In this document: in pieces, positions 26,644-37,039 of the stretch
How the letters are laid out: every line of letters starts with the position of its first letter
How positions within the stretch are numbered: position 1 is the first letter of the stretch
Source of the DNA: an uncultured Verrucomicrobia subdivision 3 bacterium
Lineage (GTDB): Bacteria > Verrucomicrobiota > Verrucomicrobiia > Limisphaerales > UBA11358
Reading direction: 5' to 3'
DNA: 64,000 bases
NCBI GenBank assembly: GCA_903944085.1
Contig: CAJAQO010000215.1
Span: 984 to 64,983 of the forward strand
The notes under the pieces: generated by a model
Databases searched by the model: none
Told to the model about the DNA's origin: nothing
What the model saw: only the letters and a program-made list of their open reading frames with translations
Made by a program: the position numbers and the translations under genes

Positions 26644-26682
26644 GAAAGAAAAAGCCGCCCAGCCAAAGATCGGCCGGGCGGC
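26644..26682 (-). terminator. Intrinsic terminator after rpsR
   Basis: Minus strand GCCGCCCGGCC-GATCTTT-GGCTGGGCGGC followed by TTTTTCTTTC. Confidence 0.8.
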
Positions 26683-26691
26683 GGAGAAAAA

Positions 26692-26946
26692 TTACTTCAT
26701 CAACAGCATCTGGCGCGCCCGCTTGATGGCGGTGGTCATGCGGCGCTGGTAATGCGCCGGCAGGCCGGTGTATTTGCGCGGCAGAATGCGGCCCTGATCG
26801 GTCACAAACGTGCGGAGCAAAGTCACGTTCTTGTAGTCGAGCGCGTCGAGCGTGAAGTCGCACTTCGGCTTTGGGCGCGGCGTGCGTTTTTCGGTGGCAC
26901 GCCGGTTGCCGCGTTTGTCTTTCTCGGTGTTGGTCTTGCGTGGCAT
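26692..26946 (-). CDS. rpsR: 30S ribosomal protein S18
   Basis: ...DALDYKNVTLLRTFVTDQGRILPRKYTGLPAHYQRRMTTAIKRARQMLLM. Confidence 0.93.
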   Translation of the reverse strand: MPRKTNTEKDKRGNRRATEKRTPRPKPKCDFTLDALDYKNVTLLRTFVTDQGRILPRKYTGLPAHYQRRMTTAIKRARQMLLMK

Positions 26947-26948
26947 AA

Positions 26949-27116
26949 TTACTTGATCTCCTTATGCAAGGTGTGGCGGCGGAGGGCGGGATTGTATTTT
27001 TTTACTTCCAGCTTTTCCGTCTGCAACTTTTTGTTGCGGGTGGTGGTGTAGCGCGACGGCGATTTGCCGATTTTGCGCGCCTCGGTGCATTCGATGGTGA
27101 TGACTTCTCGCGGCAT
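26949..27116 (-). CDS. rpmG: 50S ribosomal protein L33
   Basis: Not in the ORF track (55 aa). Manual translation [55 protein letters not shown]. Confidence 0.9.
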   Translation of the reverse strand: MPREVITIECTEARKIGKSPSRYTTTRNKKLQTEKLEVKKYNPALRRHTLHKEIK

Positions 27117-27119
27117 AAA

Positions 27120-27707
27120 TTATTCCTTTTCCTTCGGCTTGTTTTCTTCGCCCTCTTCGCCCTCCTCGGCTTCGCCGTCCGGGACGGTGCCGACAGAATC
27201 AATGGAGCCGAGCGTGCCGAGCCGGCGCGATTTCAACGCGCCCTCGCGTTCCAACTGCGCCTGGGCCTCGACCGTAAAACGTGTCCACGGGATCGCCTCC
27301 AAGCGCGCGCGCGGGATTGGTTTGCCCGTCAGTTCGCAGACGCCGTAAGTTTTGCGCTCAATGCGCTTGAGCGCTTCCTCGATCTCAAACACCGCGTCCT
27401 GGTCGGATGACAGCAGGCTCAAGGCGAAATCGCGGTCAAAATTATCCGTGCCGGAATCCGCCATGTGCAGGCTGTAACCAGCCATTTCCTGCGCCGACTC
27501 GGCGGCCAAGCCGCTCATCTGCTTGACGAGTTGCTCGCGCAGCTCCAGCAGGTGCAGGCAGAATTGCTGCCACTCCGGCTTGACTTTTTTCAAGTCCGGC
27601 CCGGCGTTTGCCTTGGCCACCGGCCGACCGAGAATCGCCGCCGACGTGGCAACAGCACCGGTGCCGCGCGTGGCGGCTTTCTTAATTTCTTTTTTCTTCG
27701 CGATCAC
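27120..27707 (-). CDS. DksA/TraR-family protein with degenerate zinc finger (GTG start)
   Basis: ...LKRIERKTYGVCELTGKPIPRARLEAIPWTRFTVEAQ resembles the DksA C-terminus but has only one Cys. Lys-rich N-terminus and acidic C-terminal tail. Confidence 0.6.
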   Translation of the reverse strand: MIAKKKEIKKAATRGTGAVATSAAILGRPVAKANAGPDLKKVKPEWQQFCLHLLELREQLVKQMSGLAAESAQEMAGYSLHMADSGTDNFDRDFALSLLSSDQDAVFEIEEALKRIERKTYGVCELTGKPIPRARLEAIPWTRFTVEAQAQLEREGALKSRRLGTLGSIDSVGTVPDGEAEEGEEGEENKPKEKE

Positions 27708-27907
27708 AACAAAAATTGGTTCCGGCCAGAAATCAACGTCTGGCCAATACTTGCTTCATTCAAAGGGGCGGGAATGTAGCAAAGCGGCACAAATAAGCCA
27801 CTAAAATTTTTGGAAATTTTCGGGCGGTCCCGCCCCAAGTTCCAGCGCCCCCATCGGCGAAGGCAGCCAGCCGGTCCGGCACTGACGAGTTTAGCGGATG
27901 ACAACCT

Positions 27908-28708
27908 TCACCCTTTCTCAATGCACGCATACGCGTTGTGATTGTGGATGCTCTCGAAATTCTCCGCCTCGACCTTATACCACGTGACCAGCGGATGCGC
28001 ATTCAGCCGCAGCGCGACGTTGCGCACCAAGTCTTCCACGAACACCGGATTTTCATACGCGCGCTCCGTCACCGCCTTTTCGTCCTGCCGCTTCAGCAGC
28101 GCGAACAGCTCCGAGCTTGCCGACGCCTCCACGATTTCGATCACGTCCTCGATCCATATGATTTTCTTGAACCGCAGCGCTACCGTCACTTCGCCGCGCT
28201 GATTGTGCGCGCCGTATTTCGCAATCGCCTTTGAACACGGGCACAAAGTCGTCACGTTGACCTTAACCGTCAGCACAAAATCCGTCTCCGCGCCGCACGC
28301 CGCCGCATCGAATCGCGCGACGTAATCCATCAAACTTTCCTTGCGCGACACCGGCGATTTCTTGGACATGAAATACGGAAACTCGATCTCCAGATGCGAG
28401 GTCACGGAGTTTAATTTTTTTTGCAGCTCGTGCAAAATGTCCATGATGTTCTCGACATGGATGATGTTGCCGTGCGCGTTGAGCACCTCGACGAAGCGGC
28501 TCATGTGCGTGCCTTTGAATTCCTTTGGCAAATCCACAAACATCCCGATGGTGGCGACGGTGTTCTGAAAGCTGCGCGCCTTATCGCGCACCCGGATGGG
28601 GAAACGCAACCCGCGCACGCCCACCTTGTCAATGCGCAGTTCGCGCGTGTCGCGCTCGCTCTGCTTATCGTCCAGTTTCAACGGCGAATTTTTACCGGGT
28701 CGAGACAT
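27908..28708 (-). CDS. folE2: GTP cyclohydrolase I type 2 (FolE2/MptA family)
   Basis: IDKVGVRGLRFPIRV..., VTTLCPCSKAIAKYGAHNQRG; start set at ATG 28708 (MSRPGKNS). Confidence 0.85.
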   Translation of the reverse strand: MSRPGKNSPLKLDDKQSERDTRELRIDKVGVRGLRFPIRVRDKARSFQNTVATIGMFVDLPKEFKGTHMSRFVEVLNAHGNIIHVENIMDILHELQKKLNSVTSHLEIEFPYFMSKKSPVSRKESLMDYVARFDAAACGAETDFVLTVKVNVTTLCPCSKAIAKYGAHNQRGEVTVALRFKKIIWIEDVIEIVEASASSELFALLKRQDEKAVTERAYENPVFVEDLVRNVALRLNAHPLVTWYKVEAENFESIHNHNAYACIEKG

Positions 28709-28790
28709 GCGGGCAGAGTAACAGTTTTGCGGCATTTGGCAAAAAGTTCTCTTGAAAAGCCGGCAGCGTCTGACAACTTGCACGGTAATC

Positions 28791-29708
28791 ATGAACGGGT
28801 TCTGCGCCGCAATTCTTTTTGCTTCCGTGATTTTTTGCCCGGCTGTGGCCGGAACTTTCCGCGTCGCCACCTACAACGTGGAAAATTATCTCGACCAGCC
28901 GACCGAGTCGCGGACCCATGTCAAATCCGCCGAGGCCAAGGCGAAAATCCGCGAGAGCATCCGCACGCTGAATCCCGACGTGCTCGCGCTCGAAGAAATG
29001 GGCGGCACCAACGCGCTGCTGGAATTGCGGACCGCGCTGAAAAGTGACGGCCAGGATTTTCCCTTTTGGGAACACGTCCAGAGTTTCGACACCAACATTC
29101 ACGTCGCCGTTTTGAGCAAGCTGCCCATCGTCGCGCGCCGCCCGCACACGAACGATTTTTTCCTGCTCGACGGCCGGCGCTTTCAGGTCAAACGCGGGTT
29201 TGCGGAAGTGGACATCCAAGCGGCGACCAATTTTACTTTCACGCTTTTGGCCGCACATCTGAAATCGCAGCTCGCCACGCCGGACGCCGATGAAGCCGAG
29301 GAACGGCTTGGCGAGGCAAAAGTCCTGCGCAGCCTGATTGACGCGCGATTCGCCAAAGATCCAAACGCCAGACTCATCGTCCTAGGCGATTTCAATGACG
29401 TGAAAGATTCCGCCTCGACGCGCGAAATCATCGGACGCGGAAAATTCAAGCTCACCGACACGCGCCCCGCCGAGCGCAACGGCGACAACGCGCCGGGCGA
29501 GCCGCCGTATTTTGAGCCGCGCAACGTCGCGTGGACCTATTTTTACGGCAAAAACGACACTTATTCGCGCATTGATTACATCTTATTGAGTCCCGCCATG
29601 AAACGAAGCTGGCGGGCGGACGAAACTTATATTCTCGCCAGCCCAAACTGGGGGCTTGGCTCCGATCACCGCCCGGTGGTCGCCGGCTTCACGACTGGCA
29701 ACCAGTGA
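28791..29708 (+). CDS. Secreted endonuclease/exonuclease/phosphatase (EEP) family protein
   Basis: Signal peptide MNGFCAAILFASVIFCPAVAG, FRVATYNVENY, LALEEMG, LGDFND, GSDHRPV. Confidence 0.8.
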   Translation: MNGFCAAILFASVIFCPAVAGTFRVATYNVENYLDQPTESRTHVKSAEAKAKIRESIRTLNPDVLALEEMGGTNALLELRTALKSDGQDFPFWEHVQSFDTNIHVAVLSKLPIVARRPHTNDFFLLDGRRFQVKRGFAEVDIQAATNFTFTLLAAHLKSQLATPDADEAEERLGEAKVLRSLIDARFAKDPNARLIVLGDFNDVKDSASTREIIGRGKFKLTDTRPAERNGDNAPGEPPYFEPRNVAWTYFYGKNDTYSRIDYILLSPAMKRSWRADETYILASPNWGLGSDHRPVVAGFTTGNQ

Positions 29709-29750
29709 ATTGGAGTTTGCGCTTTGCCCGGCCCGCACTAAATTTCAAAC

Positions 29751-30104
29751 ATGAAAAATAGTTTGGCCCAAAAACTTTTCATTTTCACTGTGGCCGCAAC
29801 GCTTATTGCCGGCTGCGCCACGCAGCGCATCAACTGGAACAGCCGGGTTGGCAGCTATAATTTTGATCAGGCCATCACCGAATTCGGGCCGCCGGACAAA
29901 CGGGCGACTTTGAGCGACGGCAAACTCGTCGCCGAATGGATCACTCGCTACAACAGCGGCGGCACGGTTGTCATCGGCACGGGATTTTATGGTTATCGCG
30001 GCGGCGTGGGCGTGATGCAAAGCACCGGGCCAAGCTATTACGAAAGCAAACTCCGCCTGATCTTCAACACCAACAACATTCTCGCCGCCTGGTCCAAGAA
30101 TTAA
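29751..30104 (+). CDS. Small lipoprotein, unknown function
   Basis: MKNSLAQKLFIFTVAATLIAGCATQ lipobox. Confidence 0.6.
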   Translation: MKNSLAQKLFIFTVAATLIAGCATQRINWNSRVGSYNFDQAITEFGPPDKRATLSDGKLVAEWITRYNSGGTVVIGTGFYGYRGGVGVMQSTGPSYYESKLRLIFNTNNILAAWSKN

Positions 30105-30138
30105 ATTGGCATCGTCCGCGACCGCAGCCCGCAAACCG

Positions 30139-31590
30139 TTAACTCAACAGCGCTGGATTTTGGTTGAAGGTCTTCAGCACCAGTTCGCCAAAAATGGTGT
30201 TGGCCCACGCAAACCAGGAGCGCGTGAATTTGTTCGGGTCGTCCTTGTGGAACGCCTCGTGCATGAAACCTTTGCCGGCGTGCGTTTGCTGCAATGTCGT
30301 GAGACATTGCTTGATTTCTAGTTCATTGGTTGCAGTCAAGCCCTGCACGATCAAGCCCAGCGGCCAAATCATGTCCATGCCAACGTGCGGTCCGCCCGGA
30401 CCGTTGGCAGCCTTGCCCTGGCAGTAATATGGATTCGCGTCGGACAAAACGAGCTGGCGCGTGTGCTGGTAAATTTTGTCGCCGGCCTTGACCGCGCCGA
30501 GATACGGCAGCGACAGCAGGCTCGGCACATTGCCGTCATCAATGCAGTAATAATTGCCGAACGCGTCCACCTCGTAGGCATAGACCGGGCCGAGTTTGGC
30601 GTGATGCACGATGGCGTGTTGATGCAGCGCCGATTCCACTTCATCCGCGAGGGCGCGACATTCGCCGGCCAACGCGGTGTCGTGACGAATCGTTTCCAAC
30701 ATTTCCGCCGCCTGCCGCAGGCTGACAACGGCAAAAAAGTTCGCCGGCACCAAATAGGGAAAGACCGTCGCGTCGTCGCTCGGACGGAAGATGGAACAAA
30801 TCAAACCGACGGGCTTGGCGGGGTTGCCGTAACCGCGACCCGGAACGGTGTCCGTCTGCCATTCCGTGCGGCGCATAAAATGATACGGGCCTTTGCCGGT
30901 TTTGCGCTGCTGCTCGCGGAAGGTTTGCACAATTTTCGTCATCGCCTCGCGCCAGGCGTCGTCAAACGGCGTGTTGTCCTTCGACGCTTTCCAATAGCCA
31001 TACGCCAGCCGGATGGTGTAACACAGCGAATCCACTTCCCACTTGCGTTCATGCACGCCGGGCTTCATGTCGGTCAAGTCGCTTTTCCATTCGCTCACCT
31101 TGTTTTCATTTTTGTAAAATGCGTTGGCGTAAGGATCCAGAAGCGTGTTACGCGTCTGGCGATTGATAACACCGGCAATCAACTGCTGGAGCTGCGGGTC
31201 TTCCGCCATCAGCGGCAGGTAGGGCCAGACTTGCGCCGAACTGTCGCGCTGCCACATCGCGTCAATGTCGCCGGTGATGACGTAAGTATCGGGCCGGCCA
31301 TTGACCATCGCGAAATCCACCGTCGTGTCCAGCGTGTTGGGAAAACAGTTGCCGAACATCCACGCCAGTTCTTTGTTCCCAATGGACGACTGAATGCGCG
31401 CGATCGTGCGCTCCACCGCCGGGCTTTTGAACCGGCGCTTCGTTTCCGGCGAACGCACAACGGGGAAATCGGTTTCCGCCGCCAACGTCAGCGACGGGGC
31501 GAGCATCAAGCTGGAAGCCACGAGAGAGGTGTTTTGAATGAATGTTCTGCGGTTCATGATGTAAGAGTGTGTGGCCGACAGCATAGCCAT
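30139..31590 (-). CDS. Glycoside hydrolase family 125 (exo-alpha-1,6-mannosidase-like, DUF1237)
   Basis: TYVITGDIDAMWQRDSSAQVWPYLPL is typical of GH125. A Tat/Sec-like leader NRRTFIQNTSLVASSLMLAPSLTLA is present. Confidence 0.75.
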   Translation of the reverse strand: MAMLSATHSYIMNRRTFIQNTSLVASSLMLAPSLTLAAETDFPVVRSPETKRRFKSPAVERTIARIQSSIGNKELAWMFGNCFPNTLDTTVDFAMVNGRPDTYVITGDIDAMWQRDSSAQVWPYLPLMAEDPQLQQLIAGVINRQTRNTLLDPYANAFYKNENKVSEWKSDLTDMKPGVHERKWEVDSLCYTIRLAYGYWKASKDNTPFDDAWREAMTKIVQTFREQQRKTGKGPYHFMRRTEWQTDTVPGRGYGNPAKPVGLICSIFRPSDDATVFPYLVPANFFAVVSLRQAAEMLETIRHDTALAGECRALADEVESALHQHAIVHHAKLGPVYAYEVDAFGNYYCIDDGNVPSLLSLPYLGAVKAGDKIYQHTRQLVLSDANPYYCQGKAANGPGGPHVGMDMIWPLGLIVQGLTATNELEIKQCLTTLQQTHAGKGFMHEAFHKDDPNKFTRSWFAWANTIFGELVLKTFNQNPALLS

Positions 31591-31748
31591 TGTTTTGCGT
31601 CAGCACAATCGGTGTTTCGCTCACGCGGAAATTTCAAACTGTGAGGCGGTATCCATTGCCAGACGTTCAAACAAAGCGCAGTTCGAACGCGGCCGGTTTT
31701 CACCGCGAAAGCTTTCGATCTTTTGAGAAAAACGCCAGCTCCGCAGAA

Positions 31749-33011
31749 TTAGTTCAAGGGCACGCCACGTCGGAAAAAGGTCGGCACGTCGAGATCCTGC
31801 CCGTTGTGCTTGGTCGGCTCGCTTTTGTCGAACCGGCCCTTGGAAACAATCGTCAGCGGCAGTTGCTCCTGAATCGGCTTGGCGATGCCCTTGCGCCGCT
31901 GCGGCGTGCGCGACATCACAACTTCGCGGATGCCGCCCGATCCCGCACCGGTCGTGTGCGTCTCGGCGCGCGCCGACACGCTGGTCGGGGCGGCGTTCTG
32001 GCGGGCCGCGATGACGGTGACGCAAAGCTTGTCTTTCATGGCCGCATCCACCGCCGCGCCCATGATGATTTGCGCGTGGCTGCACTGGCGTTTCACCTGG
32101 TCCATCACGCGGTTGATCTCGGCCATCGTCAAATCCTTCCCGGCCGTCAGGCTCACGAGGACGGCATCGGATTCCGCGAGCGCGTGGCCTTCATCGAGCA
32201 GCGGGTGCGCGAGGATGTTCTCCACGACTTCACGTGCGCGGCCCGCGCCGGAGGCCTCGACAAACGCAAAGGCGTTTTCCGCGTGCCGGTCGCGCAGCAG
32301 CGCGCAGAGGTCGGCGAAGTGAACCTGAATCAAACCCGGACGCGTGAGCAGATGCCACACGCCGCGCACGCCCTCGATGAGAAAACCGCCGGTGACGCGG
32401 AAGGTTTCGAGCAGCGTGGAATTCTCGTCAATCAGCTTGAATACCTTCTGGCTCGGCAGGCAGATCACGCCGTCGGCGGCGGATTTCAACTGTTCCAGAC
32501 TCTGCTGCGCCTGCGCCTCGCGGCGGTTGCCTTCGCAGTCGAACGGCAGCGTGACGAACGCCAGCACCAGCGCGCCGGCCTCGCGCGCGGCCTTGGCCAG
32601 CACGGGGCTGATGCCGCTGCCCGCGCCGCCGCCAAGTCCGGCGAGGATGAAAATGACGTTCGCGCCCTCGCACGCGGATTTGAGCGTGGAAAATTGTTCC
32701 TCGGCGAGCGCGCGCCCGCGTTCGGGATCGCCGCCGGAGCCAAGTCCGCGCAGCAGTTTGTTATCGAGATGAATCTTCACCGTGGCCGGTGAGGCGGCGA
32801 ACGAAGCGGCATCGGTGTTGATGACGGCAAACTGCGCGGCGGCAAATTCCGGCAGGGCGAGCGTGCCCAGCATGGCAATGCCCGCGTTGCCGACGCCGAA
32901 AATTCTCACGACCGGCTGGCTGGATCCTGCGGGTGATTCCAAAAGAGCAGCTTGAGTTGTTTCAGGAGTTTGCATAACCAGGCTTTCAGGATCGTTGGAG
33001 CAAACGGCCAA
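31749..33011 (-). CDS. ftsZ: Cell division protein FtsZ
   Basis: IFGVGNAGI..., GLGGGAGSGISPVLAKAAREAGALVLAFVTLPFDCEGNRR; start may be ATG 32975. Confidence 0.95.
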   Translation of the reverse strand: MAVCSNDPESLVMQTPETTQAALLESPAGSSQPVVRIFGVGNAGIAMLGTLALPEFAAAQFAVINTDAASFAASPATVKIHLDNKLLRGLGSGGDPERGRALAEEQFSTLKSACEGANVIFILAGLGGGAGSGISPVLAKAAREAGALVLAFVTLPFDCEGNRREAQAQQSLEQLKSAADGVICLPSQKVFKLIDENSTLLETFRVTGGFLIEGVRGVWHLLTRPGLIQVHFADLCALLRDRHAENAFAFVEASGAGRAREVVENILAHPLLDEGHALAESDAVLVSLTAGKDLTMAEINRVMDQVKRQCSHAQIIMGAAVDAAMKDKLCVTVIAARQNAAPTSVSARAETHTTGAGSGGIREVVMSRTPQRRKGIAKPIQEQLPLTIVSKGRFDKSEPTKHNGQDLDVPTFFRRGVPLN

Positions 33012-34200
33012 TCAACCCTTTGTAAAAAGGGCGCTGCGTGCGTTTGCGATTTTGTTTCAGCGAACCGTATTTCACCAGGCCGATGGCCGCAGCGAATTCC
33101 GGTTGCTCAAGCGCGGCGGTCAGGCCGCTGATGGCGGCGGCGTGGCCAGGCGCGACATTCATTTGAAAAACATTTTCCGCGAGCTTCACGATGCCGGGCA
33201 CGCGCGAGCCGCCGCCGCAGAGAAAAACCCCGGCGCGCAGATAATCGGTGAGGCCGGCCGATTCCAGTTCGTGCGCGATGAGCTGAAAAATTTCCTCAAG
33301 CCGCAGCGACATGATCTTTTGCAGATGCTCGTGGTTGAGGCGCTTGAGTTCGAGGCCGAGTTCATTGGTGATGCTGATGGTCTGGCCTTTCACCGCGTCA
33401 TTGACGAGCGCGGCGCCATATTCGATTTTCAATTTTTCCGCCCGGCTCAACGGAACTTTCAAACCAAACGCCAGATCGTTGGAAACGTGATCGCCGCCGA
33501 CCGCCAGCACGCCGGAATGCCGGATGACGCCGTTGGAATAAACCACGAATTCCGTGGTGCCGCCGCCGATGTCAATGACCAGCGCGCCGAGTTCCTTTTG
33601 CTCGTTCGACAGCAGCGCCAGCGAGGTGGCGATGCCGTTAAACACCACGTCATCCACTTCCAGCGACGTGGCGCGGACGAGGCGGACGACATTTTGCAGG
33701 CGGTTGGCGTGGCCGTGAATCACGTGCATGTCCACCTCCAATCGTGCGCCCAGCATCCCGACGGGATTCGTCACGCCGTCCTGACCGTCCACAAAAAAAT
33801 GCTGCCGCACGGCATGGATGACGGTGTTGTCCGCAGGCAAATTGATGGCCTTCGCATTTTTCACCACATCCTCGACATCATCCTGCGAAATTTCGCGGTC
33901 GGCGGAAACCACCGGATGCACGCCGCGGTTGTTGAAGCCGCGCACATGGCCGCCGCTCACGCCGAGATACACGCTGCGGATTTCCACGTCGGCCATCTGC
34001 TCGGCCTCGAACATCGCCGCGCGCAAATCCTCCTCGACCTGCTCGGGATTGATGATCTCGCCTTTGCGCACGCCGCGCGAACGCGCCTGGCCGATGCCAA
34101 TGATGTTCAGCGCACCGTCGGGGTTCTGTTCGCCGACCACCACGCAGATTTTTGAAGTGCCGATTTCGAGGCCGGCAATGATGTTGGAATCGTCAAACAT
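32986..34200 (-). CDS. ftsA: Cell division protein FtsA
   Basis: IIAGLEIGTSKICVVVGE..., LVIDIGGGTTEFVVY..., actin-like fold motifs; located between ftsQ and ftsZ. Confidence 0.93.
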   Translation of the reverse strand: MFDDSNIIAGLEIGTSKICVVVGEQNPDGALNIIGIGQARSRGVRKGEIINPEQVEEDLRAAMFEAEQMADVEIRSVYLGVSGGHVRGFNNRGVHPVVSADREISQDDVEDVVKNAKAINLPADNTVIHAVRQHFFVDGQDGVTNPVGMLGARLEVDMHVIHGHANRLQNVVRLVRATSLEVDDVVFNGIATSLALLSNEQKELGALVIDIGGGTTEFVVYSNGVIRHSGVLAVGGDHVSNDLAFGLKVPLSRAEKLKIEYGAALVNDAVKGQTISITNELGLELKRLNHEHLQKIMSLRLEEIFQLIAHELESAGLTDYLRAGVFLCGGGSRVPGIVKLAENVFQMNVAPGHAAAISGLTAALEQPEFAAAIGLVKYGSLKQNRKRTQRPFYKGLIGRLLQRS

Positions 34201-35155
34201 TTTTCCTCCGGGATTTCAAGGGTTTCGCCACTTTCGGCGTCACGACCGGCGCGAGGCCGGCCGTCATCCAGCGCACCGGCACGTTGTTCGCCACCGCCAG
34301 GTCCGCCGAGGCGATGGACTTCTGCGACTGCAAACCGAGATTGTAAATCTGCTGCCAGCGCGCCAACTGCTGCTCCAAATTTTCCAGCCCGAAAGTGATT
34401 TCCGTCCCCTGCCCGGTCGTCGCCACGATGACGCCCGGCGCGGAAACATCCACGCGCTGCAAGTCCACCAGCCCGGCCATCGGCGATTTGTCAAACGCCG
34501 CGACCAGCCGCAACGCCGCCTGCACCTGCGGCAGCTCGATGCGCCGGCCGGCCTGCAGCTGAAAATAATTCAAGCCCCCGATCACCGGCAGTTGCGGATT
34601 CATCTGCGCCAGCGGCACCGTGCAAACGCGCGGATCCAGCGGCGTGATCACCACGCCATCGGCGTCGAGCTGAAAAACGGAAACGGAAATTCCGCCCGTC
34701 GCATCCGCGCGCGGGACATTCACCTGCGCAATTGGATCGCGCTCCGTCACGCGAATTTTCAACGTGCGCGGCAGCACGCGCTCGACGGAAACCGAGTCAA
34801 TCACCGAGACCAGTTCGAGGTTGCGCTTCACCGCCGCGAGATCGAGCGCGATGAGATTTGCGCCCGGCTTCACGCCCGTCCAGCGGCGCAATTGTTCCGG
34901 CGCAATTTTCCCGTCGGTCGCCACGTCAATCTGCTGAATAGCGAAATCGGCATTGTCATAGACGAACGCGTTGAGCGTCGCCTCACCGACGCGCCAGAGG
35001 AGATACAGGCCGAAAAAAGTTCCGAACACGACGATGAACGAAATCGTCCCCAGCCGCACGCGGTTCGCGCGCACCTGATCGGAGCGCAGCTTCACATCCA
35101 GCACATGGTTGCGGTGCAGGCGGCGGTTCTTGATTTTTTCGCGTTTAAACCACAT
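34193..35155 (-). CDS. ftsQ: Cell division protein FtsQ (POTRA domain)
   Basis: N-terminal TM helix ISFIVVFGTFFGLYLLW, POTRA-like region, conserved position ddl-ftsQ-ftsA. Confidence 0.8.
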   Translation of the reverse strand: MWFKREKIKNRRLHRNHVLDVKLRSDQVRANRVRLGTISFIVVFGTFFGLYLLWRVGEATLNAFVYDNADFAIQQIDVATDGKIAPEQLRRWTGVKPGANLIALDLAAVKRNLELVSVIDSVSVERVLPRTLKIRVTERDPIAQVNVPRADATGGISVSVFQLDADGVVITPLDPRVCTVPLAQMNPQLPVIGGLNYFQLQAGRRIELPQVQAALRLVAAFDKSPMAGLVDLQRVDVSAPGVIVATTGQGTEITFGLENLEQQLARWQQIYNLGLQSQKSIASADLAVANNVPVRWMTAGLAPVVTPKVAKPLKSRRKNV

Positions 35156-36119
35156 TGATCATTGTCATTATCACCGTTGAACCGGCGGCTTCCTGCTCGG
35201 CTTTCAATTCCGCCGCCGTTTTTCGTTCCAGCGCCAAATCCACCATCCGCTGGCACAGCTCCGCGTAATTCATGCCCGCTGCTGCCGCCGCCTTGGGCAG
35301 CAAACTTGTTTCCGTCATGCCGGGCAAAGTATTTACTTCCAGCACCACCGGCGAGCCGTCGGCGCGCACCATCACGTCCACGCGCGAATAATCGCGCCCG
35401 CCAATCGCGTTGAACGCACCGAGCGCGGCGGCTTGAATCCGCTGCGTCGTCGCTGCGTCAAAATCCGCCGGGCAAAAATATTCCGTCGCGCCCGCCGTGT
35501 ATTTGTTTTTGTAATCGTAGCTGCCGGCTTTGGGCCGAACTTCCACGACCGGCAAAACTTGTCCGCCGAGAATGCCCACCGTGGTTTCGCGCCCGACGAT
35601 TTTTTCCTCGACCAAAACTTCCGAATCAAACTTCAGTGCTTCGGCCAGCGCGGTGAACCATTCCTCAACTCGCTCGACAAATTGCAATCCAACGCTCGAA
35701 CCCTGCCGCGAAGGCTTGACGACCAGCGGCGGCAAAAAATCTTGGGGCAAAACCGCCGCCGCTGAATTCACGGTCAAAAACTTTGCGGTTGGCACCCGAG
35801 CCTGAAGGCACTTTTGTTTCGTCAGCACCTTGTCAAACGCGATGCGGCTCGCCCCCGCGTCACAGCCCGTGTAAGGCACGCCGATGAAATCCAGTTGCTT
35901 TTGCACCGTGCCGTCCTCGCCGTAAGTTCCATGCAGCGCGAGAAAAACCACGTCCGTCTTCGGCGGCAAAATCCAGTCCGGCGTTTTCGGGTCAAGTTCA
36001 AAAACTTCATGGCCGAGCGAGCGCAGCGCCTGCGCCACGGCCGCGCCCGTGCGCAGCGAAACTTCGCGCTCGGCGCTCGGCCCGCCGAGCATGACGGTGA
36101 TGTTTAGTTTTCGACTCAT
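35145..36119 (-). CDS. ddl: D-alanine--D-alanine ligase
   Basis: ITVMLGGPSAEREVSLRTG..., VFLALHGTYGEDGTVQ, VLEVNTLPGMTETSLLPK. Confidence 0.93.
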   Translation of the reverse strand: MSRKLNITVMLGGPSAEREVSLRTGAAVAQALRSLGHEVFELDPKTPDWILPPKTDVVFLALHGTYGEDGTVQKQLDFIGVPYTGCDAGASRIAFDKVLTKQKCLQARVPTAKFLTVNSAAAVLPQDFLPPLVVKPSRQGSSVGLQFVERVEEWFTALAEALKFDSEVLVEEKIVGRETTVGILGGQVLPVVEVRPKAGSYDYKNKYTAGATEYFCPADFDAATTQRIQAAALGAFNAIGGRDYSRVDVMVRADGSPVVLEVNTLPGMTETSLLPKAAAAAGMNYAELCQRMVDLALERKTAAELKAEQEAAGSTVIMTMINVV

Positions 36120-37039
36120 TCTTCGCCAATGATTTCAACCTCAATATGCAAATCAATTCCGCGTGCCGCCTTCGCTTTCGCCTGCAAAATGCCGATCAGC
36201 TCCAGCACGTCCGCCGCCGTGGCGTTGCCGTCGTTGACCAGGAAATTTCCATGCTCCAGCGAAATCCGCGCGCCGCCGACACGCGTGCCTTTCAAGCCGA
36301 GTTCGTCAATCAATTTGCCCGCCGGAATCGTCGCCGGGTTTTTGAACATGCAGCCGGCGCTGGGCGCGGCGGGCTGCGAACTCCAGCGTTTCTGGCTGAA
36401 CGCGCTCATCCGCTGCGCGATGGATTCCACCGAATCCGGTTTGCCCCGCAACAGCGCACTCAGCGCGACATGATTTTTGAGCGTCGCGCAGCCGCGATAG
36501 GCGACCGCCATCTCCGCCGGCGAAAGCTCGCGGAGGTATCCATCAAAATCCATCAGCCGCACAGACTCCACGGCGTCAAATGTGGCGCTGCCCATCGCAC
36601 CGGCGTTCATCCGCAGCGCGCCGCCGACGCTGCCGGGAATGCCTTCGAGAAATTCCAGCCCGCTCAAGCCGTTCCGCCGCGCCTCAACCGCGACGTTTTT
36701 CAACCGCGCGCCCGCGCCGCAGCGCAGTCGTTCGCCGTCAATTTCAATCTTGGAGAATTCCGGCTGCGCCAGGCAAATGACCACGCCGCGAAAGCCGCCA
36801 TCGCACACGAGCAAATTCGAGCCGCGACCCAGCACAAAAAATTTTAATTCACGCTCGCCGCAAAATTTCAGGATCGCTGACAAATCTTTTTCATTCGCCG
36901 GTTCAACAAAAACATCCGCCGGGCCGCCGACGCGCAAGGTCGTGTGTTTCGCCAGCGGCTCGTCGCGGCGGATGACCGTCGCGGACGAAACCCGTCCGGC
37001 GATCTCCTCGGCAATGGCTGGCTGTTCGAAAGTGGTCAT
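36116..37039 (-). CDS. murB: UDP-N-acetylenolpyruvoylglucosamine reductase
   Basis: LAKHTTLRVGGPADVFV..., LGRGSNLL, AGCMFKNP. Confidence 0.92.
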   Translation of the reverse strand: MTTFEQPAIAEEIAGRVSSATVIRRDEPLAKHTTLRVGGPADVFVEPANEKDLSAILKFCGERELKFFVLGRGSNLLVCDGGFRGVVICLAQPEFSKIEIDGERLRCGAGARLKNVAVEARRNGLSGLEFLEGIPGSVGGALRMNAGAMGSATFDAVESVRLMDFDGYLRELSPAEMAVAYRGCATLKNHVALSALLRGKPDSVESIAQRMSAFSQKRWSSQPAAPSAGCMFKNPATIPAGKLIDELGLKGTRVGGARISLEHGNFLVNDGNATAADVLELIGILQAKAKAARGIDLHIEVEIIGEE